The position numbers were made by a program, and so were the translations under genes. Below are positions 31,463 to 47,494 of a DNA stretch of 64,000 nucleotides, in pieces. Positions within the stretch are counted from its first letter, which is position 1, and every line of letters begins with the position of its first letter. Origin of the DNA: the human T2T-CHM13v2.0 reference genome, Homo sapiens; assembly GCF_009914755.1 (NCBI RefSeq), contig NC_060926.1. One strand, given 5' to 3'. The notes beneath the pieces are model-generated. The model was not told the origin of the DNA. It did not search any database and saw only the letters and a program-made list of their open reading frames with translations.

Positions 31463-33604
31463 TTTACTCAAGAATTAGGAAGGATTAACATCCTTTTGCT
31501 CATTCTGTGACCAGATGTCTTGTATAGGGTTATATATATTTCATTTCTGTTTCTCTGGTTAAGGGCATCAGTTGAAAGTGTTTGTTACAGCTGAATTGAC
31601 TTGTGCATTCATACTCTAAATATTATTTTAAAATATCTAATTAATATATTATTCACCGAGCGACTCTTTTTTAGTAGAAGCTATCACATCAGAAACTCTT
31701 TATTCTGACAAAGTGACATATTGTATAATTTTATTCCCAAAGCTAATTTTTTTATTTTAAGACATTTCATGAGATGTTAAAAGCCCCTAGTGAAGACTGT
31801 TAAATGAGCCATTAAGGTTAGGTTATCAATGATCAACTAACCAAACTATCTTAATTTTCTTTTGATTGAATAATAGTAACAGCAACGGTAGGAACACACA
31901 TATGTGCAACTAAAAAATAAATAAAAGTAAGGACAAACTAAAAAATAAGAATTATGCAATGGGCATTATTTAACTTTGAAAATGTCCTATAAGATTTCAA
32001 GGGAAAAAGTAAATAAAATGTATATGCACGTGCTTACATTTTCTGGAAACTTCTGGGAGCAACTATTTTGCATTTCAATATATTTTTATTTAATATAAAA
32101 CTAAAAAGTTGTCTTAAATAGAAGTTAAAAGCAGTTTGCTTTCCATACGCAATTCATTATATCAAATTGGATAGTGTTCTTGGCTCAGTCAGCAGCAGCA
32201 GCAGCAACATTGAGTGCCCTTGGGTGTGGCTCTGTATTAGGGTACAGCTAGTAAAATTGTCATTTGAGATAGAGAAATAGTGTCATCTCTTAAGAAATAT
32301 GCTATTTTCATTTAACAAATGTTTGTTGGGCATCTATAAGCTGTCCAGATGCCATGCTAAGCACTGGGGACACAGGTATGAGCAGCATATACATGATCCT
32401 GGCTTTCCAGCCCTTAGGTTCTAGTGGACACTAAGACAAGCACACAGGTACTATGAGAAATAGTAGAAAGCTCCTGTGCTCCAGGAAATTAGAACTGAAA
32501 ACAGTTTGTAGTGCCAAGTAGACAGGTGGAAAATATGTGTTTAATAAGGAATTAGCATAAAATATAGAGATACACTCAGTGTGCATTCCTATACATTCAA
32601 ATACAGGAATGCACAGTGGCAGCAAAGTGTGGTGGTGAGCAGATGAACTCTGGGCACAAATTGCCCAGTTTCAATCCCGGCTCCACTATTCCTATAAGGT
32701 AAGTGGAGCAAGTTACCTTTTGCTCTGGAAGCCAGGACAGGGATGGTGGGCAGAGAGAGAAAGGGCCAGAGAGCGGGAAGTGAGGACTGCTGGAGTATAA
32801 TTAAAGCAAAGCAGGTATAGTGGTTCCAAGAAGAAAAATTTCTTTCAAGAAGAAAAATCCAGAAGAATGGCTTGTGCAGCAGGTGGCGTCACACAGCATG
32901 TAAGAGAGGGACTTACTTTAATGCTGGTAGGAACCGGTAAGAGGACATAGAAACCCAGAAAGATAAGGGTACTTGCTCGAATCTCTCAACCAACAAGTTC
33001 AGAAATCTCATGTAGGACGTGGTGAGGTTTATCAAAATGGGGCATGGGATGCAATGAAGTAGCAGAGACACTCAATAATTTCGACTTGGAAAGACTGGAG
33101 GATTCATTACCATAAAAAAACTGAACATGGGAAATGAATTATAATAAAAATATAATGACTGGGTGTTTATTTTGAATAAAGAATAGAACATCACTGTGTA
33201 ATAATCGCTGAGAGGTTTACAGGTCAAATGGAAGATTGTTCTGCAAGAGAAAAGAAAGGTAAACACTGCAAGCAACTACAGGCCATGAACGATGGTAAAA
33301 TCGATGTGGGAGACAGAGCACTGAACTGGGAGTCAGGATACCTGGCCTCTACTGAATTTTTAGCAAATAACAGACTTTTCCTGCACCCTAGTTTCCTCAT
33401 CTGTAGGCATTACATAAACAAATATTTTCATTTATGTTTCTGTGAGCTCAAGAACATTGCCTGGTATTTCATATTATTAAGTGCTTAATTTTCTATTTTA
33501 GTGAAAGTATGCTGCAAGAATTTAGAGACAGTGGCAGGTAAATAAAGACAGCAATAAGGCAAAAAAAAAAAAAAAAACAAAAAACCCAGCAAATTGTCAA
33601 TAAA

Positions 33605-33835
33605 AACAGTAGTTAAAAGCTGATTTCTGGAGGCAGACTGCCTGAGTTCAGATCCTGGCTCTCTGCAGTGTGATCTTGGGCAAGTTACTCAACTTCTTCT
33701 GCCTCATTTTCCTCATTTATAAAATGGGAATAATAATATTATCTTCCTCATAGTATTTGTGGAAAGATTAAACAAGTTAATATCTATAAAGCTGCTTAGA
33801 GCAGAGCCTTTTACATAGGGAGTGTGCAAAATTGC
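33605..33835 (+). mobile_element. MIR
   Basis: tctggaggcagactgcctgagttcagatcctggctct...tgtgatcttgggcaagttactcaac...cctcattttcctcatttataaaatgggaataataat. Confidence 0.85.
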
Positions 33836-35457
33836 TATTAAGCTTCACTGAGGAGATGAAACTCACTTGAGCTGGATATTAAAGAGAGAAAGGTTTGGAG
33901 AGATATTTCAGGCCAGGGAAGCAGCATGTGAAAAGGAAGAAGCAAGCATGAGTTTGACAGTTGTGCATGGAAGATAATCGTGTCACTTTCTAGGGGAGAA
34001 AGAAACCAGGATGAATAATGGAGAGCATTTATTTCTAGTACAGAGGTTCCTGCTACAAGGATTAGGAAATCCGGTCATACCTACATTGTGCCTATCTCTG
34101 TAAAGAGACAATGGGACAATACTGGAGGTTTTCAAAAGGGAGTGACATACCATGGCTTTGGAGTAGCTGGGTCTGATAGGCACATTCTGATTGAGTATAC
34201 ATTACTGAGGTCATTTGGCCAGGGTTTTCTGCAAGAGTAAGGCAAAAGATAATGAATATTTTTAGAAAATAGTAGTTTCAACATACTCCAAAAGGTTTGG
34301 TATTAGTGATAGAATGGGCCAGGGTTTAAGCCATGAAAGAAAAGCCTTCTCTTTGGGCCTTTTCATCTAAATTACAGGTGGTATTGGGGTCCCTGGAGAG
34401 AGTTCATTTTGTAGTGAAATGCTATGTTTTGTGTGGAGAAGTTTTCTATCAGCGCTTTTGTGAAATTTGGAGGTCTTTAAAAAAATCTGTCTAAGTAAAT
34501 GGTAACTAGGTAATTTGGGAGAGGAACAAGTATAGTAATCTCACTGAAAAAGTTACAGTTTTATTTGCTAAGGATTATAGAAATAGTAAAAAAAATGTGA
34601 ACGTTTTCATGGGCTATTACATGTATGTCTTTGTTATAAAATTTTATTGCTTAAAAGATGTCCTCATCCACAGCCATGTCACCTGAGCCTGTGCAGTGCT
34701 AGTATTTGAGCAGATGCTGAGTTTTCATTTTGCTTCAAAGTCCATTAATTCAGAACTCTTTAAGAGTGCCTTTAAAAGTTCAACCACATTTAACTCATCT
34801 TATCTACCTTTGCATTTCCCATCCCAGTTGACTAAAGTTTTTTATACTATAAGTGATCACATGTTAAGTAAGATCTGTAAATACTGCTTTAGCTCTGGGA
34901 AATTGTTTGAAAGCACTTTAAAACATGGAGTCTTTCTCCATTATTGTATTTCTTTCTGTATTTATTGCCTATCATCTTAAAAAAATCTGAAAACTGAAGC
35001 TATGACAAAATAATGAATTTGAACATATCACAAGTTGATAACTAAGATAAAGAATGTTCTTTTATAAGACATTGCAAAGGGAGGTTTTATCCTCTGTAAG
35101 TATGCCAAAAGAATCTACTTGGTCTCAGGTGTTGCCATTGGATGTCAACAGTGATAGGCCATTTAAAGATAAGACCATAAACTGATATCTAGAGAACTTT
35201 TGATTAATTAGCAGCTGGAGGATAAATGCAAAGAAGCTTCTTGAGTGTCTAGATAGACTAAAGTTTGCTGGATGAGGTAGATAGAGACATCCTTCTGGTG
35301 GTTTCTCTATTGTCTGAGAAGCAAATGCTAACTGAATATATAGATAGACATTACACACACACAGAAATTTTTACCTTCTCTCTTTTCACAACCTTGCTAT
35401 TGCCCTTTGGCAATTTCTTCTTCCTTTATATTGGACAAGACTGATCCTGATATCATT

Positions 35458-36380
35458 TGTATTAGTCAGTGTCCAGTCAGGAAAATATAAACCATATCAG
35501 ATATTTTAACAGAGGAAAGTTATTAGAGGAAATTGGCCAAACAAGTACTGAAGGACTAGATTTGAGATTTTACAGAGCTAGTTATGAAGGAAGCAGCTAC
35601 CACTTCTAAAGTGGTGGTGGGGTGGGAGTGGGGCAGGGAGAGAAGATGTTTGGGGTTCTTAGGATGAAGAAACCTGGAAAAGGTGCCTGTGAAACTGAAG
35701 TCCAGACCTTTGGATGGAGGGGCTCTGTTTAGCTGGTAGCACTATATCAGAAGCTCAGAGAAGGGACACTACAGAATTGGGGCCTACACCTCTAATGAGA
35801 GTGTTGCTTATACTATTTTGGGGATGCTGCAACAAAATACCTTAGACTGGGTATCTTGTAAATAAGGAAATTATTTCTTACAGTTCTGAAGGCTGAGAAG
35901 TCCAAGATACAGGTGTCAGCAGATTCAGTGTCTGGTGAAGATCTGACTCCTGGTTTGTAGATGACTGTTTTCTTGTGTCCTCATAAGGTAGAAGTGCAAG
36001 AAGTCTCTCTCGGGCCTCTTTTATGAGGGCACTAATCCCATTCATAAGGGCTCCATCCTCATGATCTAATCACCTCCCAAAGGCCCCACCTCCTGATATC
36101 TTCACCTTGGAGGGTTTTGAACATATGAAACTTAAACTCTGGATTTTGGAGAGACACAAATATTTAGACCATAGCAGGGTACTTTGCCACCACTTCAACT
36201 ATCTATGAGGGGTCACAATGAGGCTGGTTTGGGAACACTCAATGAGACGCAGGAAATGGAACCAACTGCTATTGCCAGGATGAAAGGCCATTGTTGAGGT
36301 GACACCTGCAGGAATGTGAGCAAAACTGGAAGAAACAAGTCCTTTGTTTCTCCTCCAGCCTCTAATAGGTTAATTACAGC
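35458..36380. mobile_element. Old LTR (LTR78/LTR41-like) hosting a nested MaLR
   Basis: Starts tgtattagtcagtgtccagtcaggaaaa...aaaccat...ttttaacagag; resumes after 36176. Confidence 0.5.
35802..36176 (-). mobile_element. MLT1A-like MaLR solo LTR
   Basis: aaaataccttagactgggt...acagttctgaaggctgagaagtccaagat...cactaatcccattcat...aatcacctcccaaaggccccacctc...gaccatagca. Confidence 0.85.
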
Positions 36381-36459
36381 ACAAGAATTTTAACTAAGCG
36401 TTACTGTTATCAAAGCATGCTGATAGAAGGACCTTGGAGACCCTCTCACCATACACAGA

Positions 36460-36871
36460 CATATATATATATAATATGTATATATGTGTGTATATATACA
36501 TATATATGCATACACATACATATACACATACACATATACATATACATGTACATGTACATGTGTACATGTACGTATACATGCACACGTGTATACATGTAGG
36601 TATACACGTGTATACATGTAGGTGTACACGTGTATACATGTGTACGTGTATACATGTGTATGCATGTGTACATATACGTGTGTATGCATGTACGTGCGTA
36701 TACGTGTGTATGCATGTACGTGTGTATACATGTACATGTATACGTGTATACATGTACATATACATACACATGTACATATACATATACATACACATACATA
36801 TACATATACACATACATATGCATATATATATATGCATATATATAGATGCATCTATTTTATAGATGCATCTA
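36460..36871. repeat. About 400 bp alternating purine-pyrimidine tract
   Basis: Directly visible mix of TA, CA, TG and CG steps with many internal palindromes. Confidence 0.95.
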
Positions 36872-37429
36872 AGAATAGGGTCAGTGGTGAACCATAAACT
36901 AGAATGATGAGTATGATTCAGGAAAAAAAACCAAAAACTAACATCACTCTTGTTCCCATTATGGGTCTATAATTTTATTAAGTTATTCAGAGATAGCATC
37001 TCAGTTAATAATTCTCATTTAATAATCCCAACAGCCTTGTTAGAGAAGTGGGATAATTTCCATATCGAAAATGAAAACAATCAGACTCAGAGGATTTAAG
37101 TAATTTCAGTCAGTCAGTAAGTAGCGGATAGGATTCTGGCCAAGGTCTGTTTAACAACAAAGGACATGTTTGAACTCTCATCCCCTTCAATGGAAAATAA
37201 GGCAAAGCCAAGAAGCCAAAAGTACAGGCACCCAACAAAGTGGGAGGCACAGAACAAGGGGGAGGGCAGGTATGAACATCCAGAGCGACTTTGATTCTAG
37301 GGAGATGCTCACTCGTCTACGGAAGGTGTATTGTATTCAGTTTCTGTACTTCCGGTCTTCACTCTAGCCTTGCCTTCTGGATTGTTCTACCAAGTACTTT
37401 GGCTTTTCTCATAGTCTTTCAAAAATTGT

Positions 37430-38468
37430 TAATATTATTTTGATTGACCAGTCATAATTGTACACATTTAAGGGGTACAATATGATACTGTGATATATGT
37501 ATACAATATGAAATTATTAAATCAAGCTAATTAACATATCCATCACTCCAACTACCTATCATTTTTTATGGTAGGACATTTGAAATTTACTCTCATTTTG
37601 AAATGTGCAACACATTGCTGACTATAGTCACCCTAATGGGCAATAGATCTCAAAACTTATTCTTCTGCCTGTCCTATTTGAAACTTGGTACCCTTTGAAC
37701 AACAGCTCCCTACTTCCTCCCTCCCCCTCCCCTGCCAGGCTTTGGTAACCATCATTCTATTCTCTACTTCTGTAAGTTTAATGTTTTAAGATTCCACATA
37801 TAACTGAGATCTCAAACAAACTCAAATCAGTATGTCAAAGGAATATCTTCTGTCTTAGTCTGTTTTCTGCTGCTACAACAGAATACCACAAACTACGTAA
37901 TTTATAGAGAAAAGAGATGTATTTGGCTCACAGTTCTGCAGGCTGGGAAGTCCAAGGTATGATGCCCATATCGGGTTGGCCTGGGGAGGTTGTTCTTGTT
38001 GCATTGTCCTTTGGTGGAAAGCAACTGAGCATGTGAGACAGGGAGGAAATTGGGCCAAACTAATTATTTTATTAGGAGCCTATTTCTGTGATAACTAATC
38101 CCATGATAATGACATTAGTCCATTCAGGAGGGTAGAGCCCTAGTGACCCAATCATCACCTAAAGGTCCTACCTCTCAACATTGTTAAGATTACAGTTAAA
38201 TTTCAACATAAGTTTCAGAGGAGACACTGAAGTCACAGCATCTGCATTCCCATGTCCATGTAGCTATTCACAATAGTCAAGACATGGAACCAACCTTAAG
38301 TGTCCATCAATGGATGAATGGATAAAGAAAATGTGTTATACATATGCAATGGAATACTATTCCGCTTTAAAGAATAAGAAAATCTATTATCTAGCACAAC
38401 ATTTATAGATCTGGAGGACAACATGCTGAATGAGATAAGCCAGGAACAGAAAGACAAATCCCATAGTC
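37430..38468 (-). mobile_element. L1MA with inverted 5' segment
   Basis: 37430-37812 is the antisense 3' end. 37813-38465 is the adjoining upstream L1 sequence in sense orientation, split by a MaLR LTR. Confidence 0.8.
37851..38240 (-). mobile_element. MST/MLT1A-like MaLR solo LTR
   Basis: tgtcttagtctgttttctgctgctacaacagaataccac...ggctcacagttctgcaggctgggaagtccaag...cacagca; TSD tcttc / tctgc. Confidence 0.85.
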
Positions 38469-38499
38469 CTGAAGTCAAATTTTTGCTGCCACAAACTGA

Positions 38500-39000
38500 C
38501 GCGTCCATGGTGGCAGCTATCCCTGATCTCTCATGCTATTCATGGGTATGATACAACAGTGGCCAACTTCATTCTCATGCTTTTCACTTCTTGCCTCCCA
38601 CCTTGGGGGTTTTCAATGACTGCTTAGATATGAGACACCAGGGCACATGCTCACTCCTCATGCATGTGTAATCCAGAAAGGGCAGGGAGTTAACACCCTT
38701 TGGAGTGAACTTTGAGCAAGGGCTGTTAGAATGTGTAGATGCATTTTTCTCCCTTCCTCTCCCTGGATGAACTCTTCACATTTATAATAACGTCAGTTGG
38801 CCTCTTTGAAGATGTCCTGCAAGGCTAGGCAAACAGCTTCGCTAAGCTGGACAACTCTATAGTACACTCCATTATATTTGTTTCCCCTTACACTCCTTTT
38901 CCTTCACTTCTGCTGTTTTGGGACTGCGCCATCTCCCAATAAAATGTTAGCACAAGATGCTTTTGCAAAGGCTTTTTTTTTTTTCTGGGTTAAGAGCAGG
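38500..39000 (+). mobile_element. ERVL LTR16-like
   Basis: ccagaaagggcagggagttaacaccc...ctcccaataaaatgttagcac; recalled similarity. Confidence 0.5.
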
Positions 39001-41292
39001 GACTGGGCTGTGAAGGAGAGCCATAGGCTAAGATGATAGGACCCACAATTTTCTTAGTGTCTGGTAGTAATCCCAGGTATCCATCAGTTCAGGAAGGTAG
39101 GTAGAAACTATAAGTATATTAAAACAGGGTAGCAAGAAGGACTTCTGAAAAAGTAGTGAGAATAGATCTGACAGCTTCCACCTTTATGGAATGAAAGCTT
39201 CATCCTGTAGATTGGTTCTTGTGATGCTTATTTAAAATAAATTTCCTTAAATGAGGCCCAACATGAACCAATTCTCCACCCCTGTGAAAATTTTCTATTG
39301 CCAGTTTGAACTTCTATGGGTGATCATACAATCGCATAGCTTCTGAGGAGCTAACTTTCACTCAGAACTTAGGATTCATCTGTTGTCACCTCCTCTGGGG
39401 AGAACTCACTGGCCCCTCTCCTTTCTGCCAGCTGTTGAGAATATTAGGGTTCCCTCTTCTGTGTTTCAGAGGTATTTTCTCATTTCTATCGTGGCACATT
39501 TTATGCTGTTTCTGCACAATGCAGAGAGATCCTGAAAGCAGAGAATATGCCTTAGCCACTGCTGAATTTCTAGAAACTAACAGAAGCCTGCCACACAGTA
39601 GCCATTTAACATGGATTGATTCCATTGACTAAATTAAAGAATTCATGAGGAGCTCTGATCATGGCCTGAGGTTTGCAGTTACCCTATTGAACAAATCCCA
39701 GAAGAGAATTTGCGGAATTAGGTCTACATGTAATACACATTTACCCACATGATGAAATAAGATGACAAGAGCTTTGTGGTATCAAAATATCTATGTCTCT
39801 GACAATTTTCACAACTTTACTTAATTATATTAGGGTTAAGTATTGGAAAGCCTTGATACAATGCTAATTTGGAAGCATTATACCAAAGTGTTAGATCAGA
39901 TTAGCCCCAGTTCTCTTCTAAATAGTTCCAGAAACCAGATTTGGACCCAGTCAGCCTAACGGCAGTAAAAACCAAGACCTGTCTATCATGCTACACTGCT
40001 TTCTTCAGATGACAGGGGCCTTAAGAGCAAAGTAAGATATTGATTGGCCTCCAGGATCCAGGAAAAACAAAACAAAACAAAACAAAAAAGCCAGAAAGAA
40101 TACAAGGTGAAGGCAAGACTGAAAGGAAAATAGTTTTGATGTACTAGGAAACAAAATCATTGAATCTGAAACACTGTTGTCTTTGGAATATCCTGAGAGA
40201 AAGGAGCCCAACACAGGTCATTTGGCTGGAAGGAAGATCAAGGCAGGAGTCCGTCTGGTGCGTGGGGTTCTCCATGGGAGACTGTCAACAGCTAAGGGCA
40301 GCGGAGGGCAATGATGAATGCCTCAGAGCCGAGGGCCACAGAAAAGGCACTGGGAACACTTTCCATGCACTTCATACCTATGACTGAGAGGATGGCCTAG
40401 GCAACCTGCTTTAGGGTGGAAACTATAGTTACAAAGATGAGCAGTCACTTAATTTACTAATGAATGACCCCAGGTCTCATAGCTTTTCTTTAGGAAGGAT
40501 TATATAGTAGTTAAAAAGTGCATGGTTCCCAGATATAGAAAAATCTGGGTATTCACCTTGGCTGTACCATTTACTGTGTGAACATCTCAGGCTACTATCT
40601 TTACCTCCATTTGTCTCAGCTGGCACCTCCTTAAAGCAAAAATAATAATATTACTTCAGAGGGTTATTGTGGACATTAGAGAAATATATGTGAAACACCT
40701 GTCCAAGTAGCAATGGTGAGTGTGCAATGAATACTAGTTGTTTATCATGTGATTATTAGTCTAATTCTTGCAAAATGTCCCAGCCTTTGTGTTTTGATGA
40801 ACAAGAATATATTTTTAAAAAATTAAAAAATTTTGTTGTCCTCATAATATAGACATCTGCTCCCTGGGACCTAAAAAGCAATCCATAATTTTCCAAAGCT
40901 GCTAAAAAATCTGCCATGTTCTAAATGACCTTTATCAAGCGATCTCCTAGTCTAGAGAGGCGGAGGAGTAACTTGAAGGTGAAATACCCCGTTAGCAATC
41001 CCCCAGGTGAATAGAAAATTTAAAATAATATTCTAATGATTCATTGTACATTACTACGCCCCATTAGGTGTCTACATTACATCTTGGGGCACAATCAATA
41101 TCTGTCATCCTGCTTATGGTTTTGGTGCTAGAGCGGTTCAATTTCATTTTGCAACTCTCATGCTCATGAAGCTGTATCTCGGGTGTCATATGATAAAATA
41201 TTACTCAGAAGTACGTATTCAGTCCTAAAGCATAGTGGGAAATAATTGATGAAGAAAGTGTCTTTCCATCTGGTCAAACACCATTAAAGTGA

Positions 41293-41650
<358 letters not shown>

Positions 41651-44099
41651 AAAAGACTGATATTTTATGAAACTTTTTGGTAAATCCACGTGAGAGAGAA
41701 AGTTTTTATTCTGTACTCAACATAGTTCCATTACAAGCATTTTTCAAACATTTAAACTGGATTGCTACTTACAAAATTTTAATATAGACAAGACTAGTTC
41801 ATGAACATATCCCCTTTATAAATACAGGTACCAGTACGTAGACATATATTTCTTGTATTTAAAATTTAAAAAATCATACTACATTTTAGAATATGGCAAA
41901 GCTTAAGAGATTCCAAAACAGTCATGGATAAGTAATAAGTCACTTGTCATTGTTCTATACAAAATTAATGAATGAGTTAAGTAACCTATGTTTTGAGCTG
42001 TTTCCTTTCAGAATTGAAATGCCAAAGGAGTGACCCTCTTTTTCTCATGTGGGTGCACACAAGCATACTCCAATCGAAATATCTTCCCCACACATTCTAC
42101 CATGTGGTAGTACCTAGTAAGTACTAACCTACTCACTAGGTTAGTAGAGACTTGTATTAGAATTCAGACATCCTTGGGAGGGTTAAACCCACGATCAAGT
42201 GACTCATACTTTCACATGAATTTTTGAAAACTTTAAATGTATGATTTCTATGCAAATTGAGATCAGACTAAGTGTGAATTCTACTTAAAAGAGAGGATTT
42301 CGGAGTACTGTGGAATAGGACATGCCAAGGCCCTTGCCACAGCTTGAGACAGACAGAAGATGACATAAAAGTGCGTGTGTGTCTGTGCAAGTGTGCGTGT
42401 GCATATGTGTGAAGTATAAAGGGCCCATGAAGGGCTATAGAGATAGATGGATAAGAGTTGAAAAATGGATTTAACTTGGACTGCTCTTCTGTTCAAGATG
42501 CTTTTGGCTGCTGCACCCTTTGCAATGGCTCTGGAAAATCACCAATAGCATGGGGCTTCATGCACAGATGCTCTAAGTGCTACTCGACTTACCCAACTTT
42601 ATAAAAGGAGGGATGTGCACAGCTAGTACATCTGTGATATTTGCTTTGGGATCAGAAATACTAAGTGGGACAGTGGTTTTCTTTGATATAGGGAGATGTT
42701 CACCTTAAAAATGACTGGAAAAGTGGCTTGATTTGGTCTTCAATATCTAATCATGAAATGGATATACTTTATAACCAGGGTATATAGTTTGGGAGTTTTG
42801 ACTGATTATAATTTATGTCATTTCTTTTAAAAGGTTGAGAGATTCAAATGCCTTGATACTGATATATCAATGACACGTTGGAGATGCATTTTTTGGGTTT
42901 TAGCATACTGAAGTGAAAGTCAGTCAATAGAATATACATTGATTCCAGGGTAAATGTCCCAAATTTGAGAAAAGAGGTTATCCTGAAAGGGGAGAAATTA
43001 TCTCACGGTCCCAAACAATATGTTGTTTCATTACACTGTTTGTGGGACAAGAAGGGAAGGGGGTTGGATGCAGGATTAAGACAAGTGAAACTGTCACATA
43101 GAAACATGAACTCTGGTTGGGACAATCTCAAAATGCTGCAGGTGTTTGTAAAGCTTGCTGAGATTGACTGGGCTCTCCTATTACTTACTTTTGATGCTGG
43201 ATTTTGTCTGACTTTTGTCCCATAAAAAATAAGACACTAGAAAGGCTTTTTGGTTTTTATAATTATTCATCAGTTTCTATTTTCACATAGCTTTGGAGCA
43301 CTGTAGAGGATCCCTTGTATATTTTAGAATGCCTATGTGGGGGAAAGAATCACAAGTAGTAAAGAGCTTACCTTGATTTTTGGAATAGATATGTTTTAAC
43401 CAAGTGTAGTAAAGTGAATATTCTACTTTCTAGTCATTTGTTACAGAATCAGGCACTACTACCTCCCTACTGTCACAGTAAGTAGCTGTAGTCTTTCTAT
43501 AACTTAGGACTGGTGTGGGGTGATTTTTGATGGGTAAATTTTCAACATTCTTATTTCAGTCCTGAATTTTAGAATTTTGTTGACATACACAGGATTCTTC
43601 AATAGCCTTCTATTTAGTCTTCTATTTGCCACTTCTTATTTCCAACTCATCTTATATGTTACTATGAGACAAATGTTCATTAAACATTACTTTTGTTTGT
43701 TTTTGAGCAATTGCTTCTTGAAGTGCCAGTTTTCTATTGCTCTTGTGTATAATCCACTTTTCTCTTTCTGGATTTGAAGGTCATCCTCAGTTTTGCTCCA
43801 CTTGATCTCATGTTAACTTCCTGCCCCTCCTTATCATGAAAAGTACTCCAGCCTGCAACTAAGCCCTTCTCCTCACCCTCTATCGTTGTCTCTATGCCTG
43901 CCTTATGCTATTGCTTTTCCCAAGAGTACCCACCCCACCCTCTTCTTCCTCCTTTTTATACCTTACTGAGCTTTAAGTTTCACCTTAATTTCTACCTGTA
44001 TAATAACAAAGTAGCTTGCATTCATTGAGACTCCACAATAGGCCAGCCACTATTCTCAACACATGTCATGTATATGTTGTTAAATGTTGATATCACCCT

Positions 44100-45006
<907 letters not shown>

Positions 45007-45416
45007 AACTGTATAAGGTAGTTCTACATCTCCATTTTACAAATAATGGCATCAAGGCACAAAGGAATAAACTCACTAAGGGACACAGTTGTGAAGTCAC
45101 TCCGCTGGGACACAAAGCCAGCTGCCTGCCCCACACCCTGTTCTCTCTGCCACTCTGCTGCCCTTCCCTTCAGTCTTCTCGGACTCTCCAGCTCATTCTG
45201 CTTTCCTCTATCTATGAACTTATATGGTAGCTGTTTTCAAAACCGTACAGTTTATCATTTCATTGTGACGAGTTCATGCATGTTAGTTTTTTCTGAGCAA
45301 TTACATAGCAAGATAACTTGAAATGATTTCTATGCCTCATTCTACTTTCTTTCCAAAGCAGTCCTGGCTCCTGGTAAGAACTCATTAAATACTTTGTGAT
45401 TGATAGATAATACAAA

Positions 45417-46206
45417 TAATAGAGATAGGAGGCAGGGGAATTCTGGGCAGAAGAAGGCAGGTCCCCGGCAAGGGCCCCAACCTCAAGCCTGAAACCACAG
45501 CCCAAAGTGAGAACATACATCCCTGTTTTCCCACTCAAATGTTGCCTTTTCCAAAACCACCCATGGCCTGTCCCACTCCCAATCCTGTGCCCATAAAAAC
45601 CCCAGCACTCAGCCAGCAGAGAGGAGAAGCAGCTGGATGTGGAAGACTATGGTTAGATGTCAGAGAGAAGTGACTTGACTTCAGAGGGACAGCTTGATGG
45701 CATAGCTTTGGAGAGGAATCCGGCCGTTCCTCCTCCATCCCCTTTCCAGCTCCCCTTCCTGCTGAGAGCCACTTTCATCGGTAATAAAATCCCCTGCACT
45801 TACCATCTCCAATTTGTTCCTGTGACCTTATTCCTCCTGGATGCCAGACAAGAATTTAGGTGCCATGAGTGCGGGTACAAAAGGCTGTCACACTGACCTT
45901 CCACTGAGCTTTTAACACTTAAGCCATCCAGCCATCCACAGATGGCAAAGTTGAAAGGGCACTGTAACACTCCTTCTAGGGCTTCAGGTGTTGCAGGCAC
46001 CCCCCTAGATGCTGCTGTGGGGTCTGCACAAAGTTTTGCTCCTGCCGGCACCCAAAAACACTCATCCTGGCTCCCGTGTCCACTCACCTGCTCTCCCCCT
46101 CCCACAAAAGGTGGAACACAACTGGGCCAAGCAAGTGGAGTCTGACCCTGCCAGCACCAAAGGAGCCAGCTAGCCTGTGAAGGCATCAGGGAAGTATCAT
46201 GCTTCA
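45417..46206 (+). mobile_element. LTR1-family ERV1 solo LTR
   Basis: ggaggcaggggaattctgggcagaaga...ccccggcaagggcccc...cctcaagcctg; TATA-like cccataaaaacccc; aataaa near 45783; 4 bp TSD caaa. Confidence 0.8.
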
Positions 46207-46374
46207 CAAAGACAGCTCTCCTCCCCTCCTATGATACAAACAATTGTATTGATTTTTGTAATTCACTCTGACTATATAGACCAAGTGCCTTCAAGCACGG
46301 TGACATACTAAAAAGTATACATTTCATGTGACTGATCTACAAAGTAGCCCTCAGCTTAGCTGAGAGTTGACTAG

Positions 46375-46782
<408 letters not shown>

Positions 46783-47494
46783 TAACATTCCATGTTATAC
46801 AAACATCACACAAACAAGAAGATTACACCATTTGTGATACGTACGTGGTTATAGTTCACATAATAGGAGACACTATTCAACTACCTTAAAATCAGCTTAC
46901 TGAGCACCAGAAACAACATGATTCATATATTGGCTTAAAAGTCCAGTATCACTGTGATTTTCCTGATTTTTTCTTTTTTTAAAAAAAACCATATGATGAT
47001 TATGACTTGAGGTTCTATCCGGGATTGATACTGGAATAATTCTTGAAGGTTGGTGGTTGGGGACAGAGACCTGGTAATCAGGCAGACCTGATTTGGAATC
47101 TCAGCTGTACCACTGATTAACGTGGCAATTTTAGCAAGAAACTTAGCTTCTCTGAACAACTACTTCTTGATATCTAAAGTGGGAATAATAACCCCTACTC
47201 TGCAGGGTTGCTATAAGAATTAAATTCAATAATGCATATAAAGGAATTATACTTTCTACCACATGGTAATTGCTCAATAAAATGTTTTTATTAGTGGTAA
47301 TCATGTATCCATAAGCATAGTAATTGATATATGCTGACTCACCTGAAAAAATGGCAAGTAGAATTTGGAAATGACAGCCTCTTTTCTTCCTTTTTTCCTT
47401 CTTTGCTTCCATCCTTCCTTCCTTTCCTCTTTCTTTCCTTTCTTCTTTTTTCCATCTCTCTCTCCTCCTTTTCTTTCTCTCTTCTTTGTTTCTT

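Noticed and set aside
36390-36897. Overlapping long ORFs on both strands
   Set aside because: Artefact of the alternating purine-pyrimidine tract.
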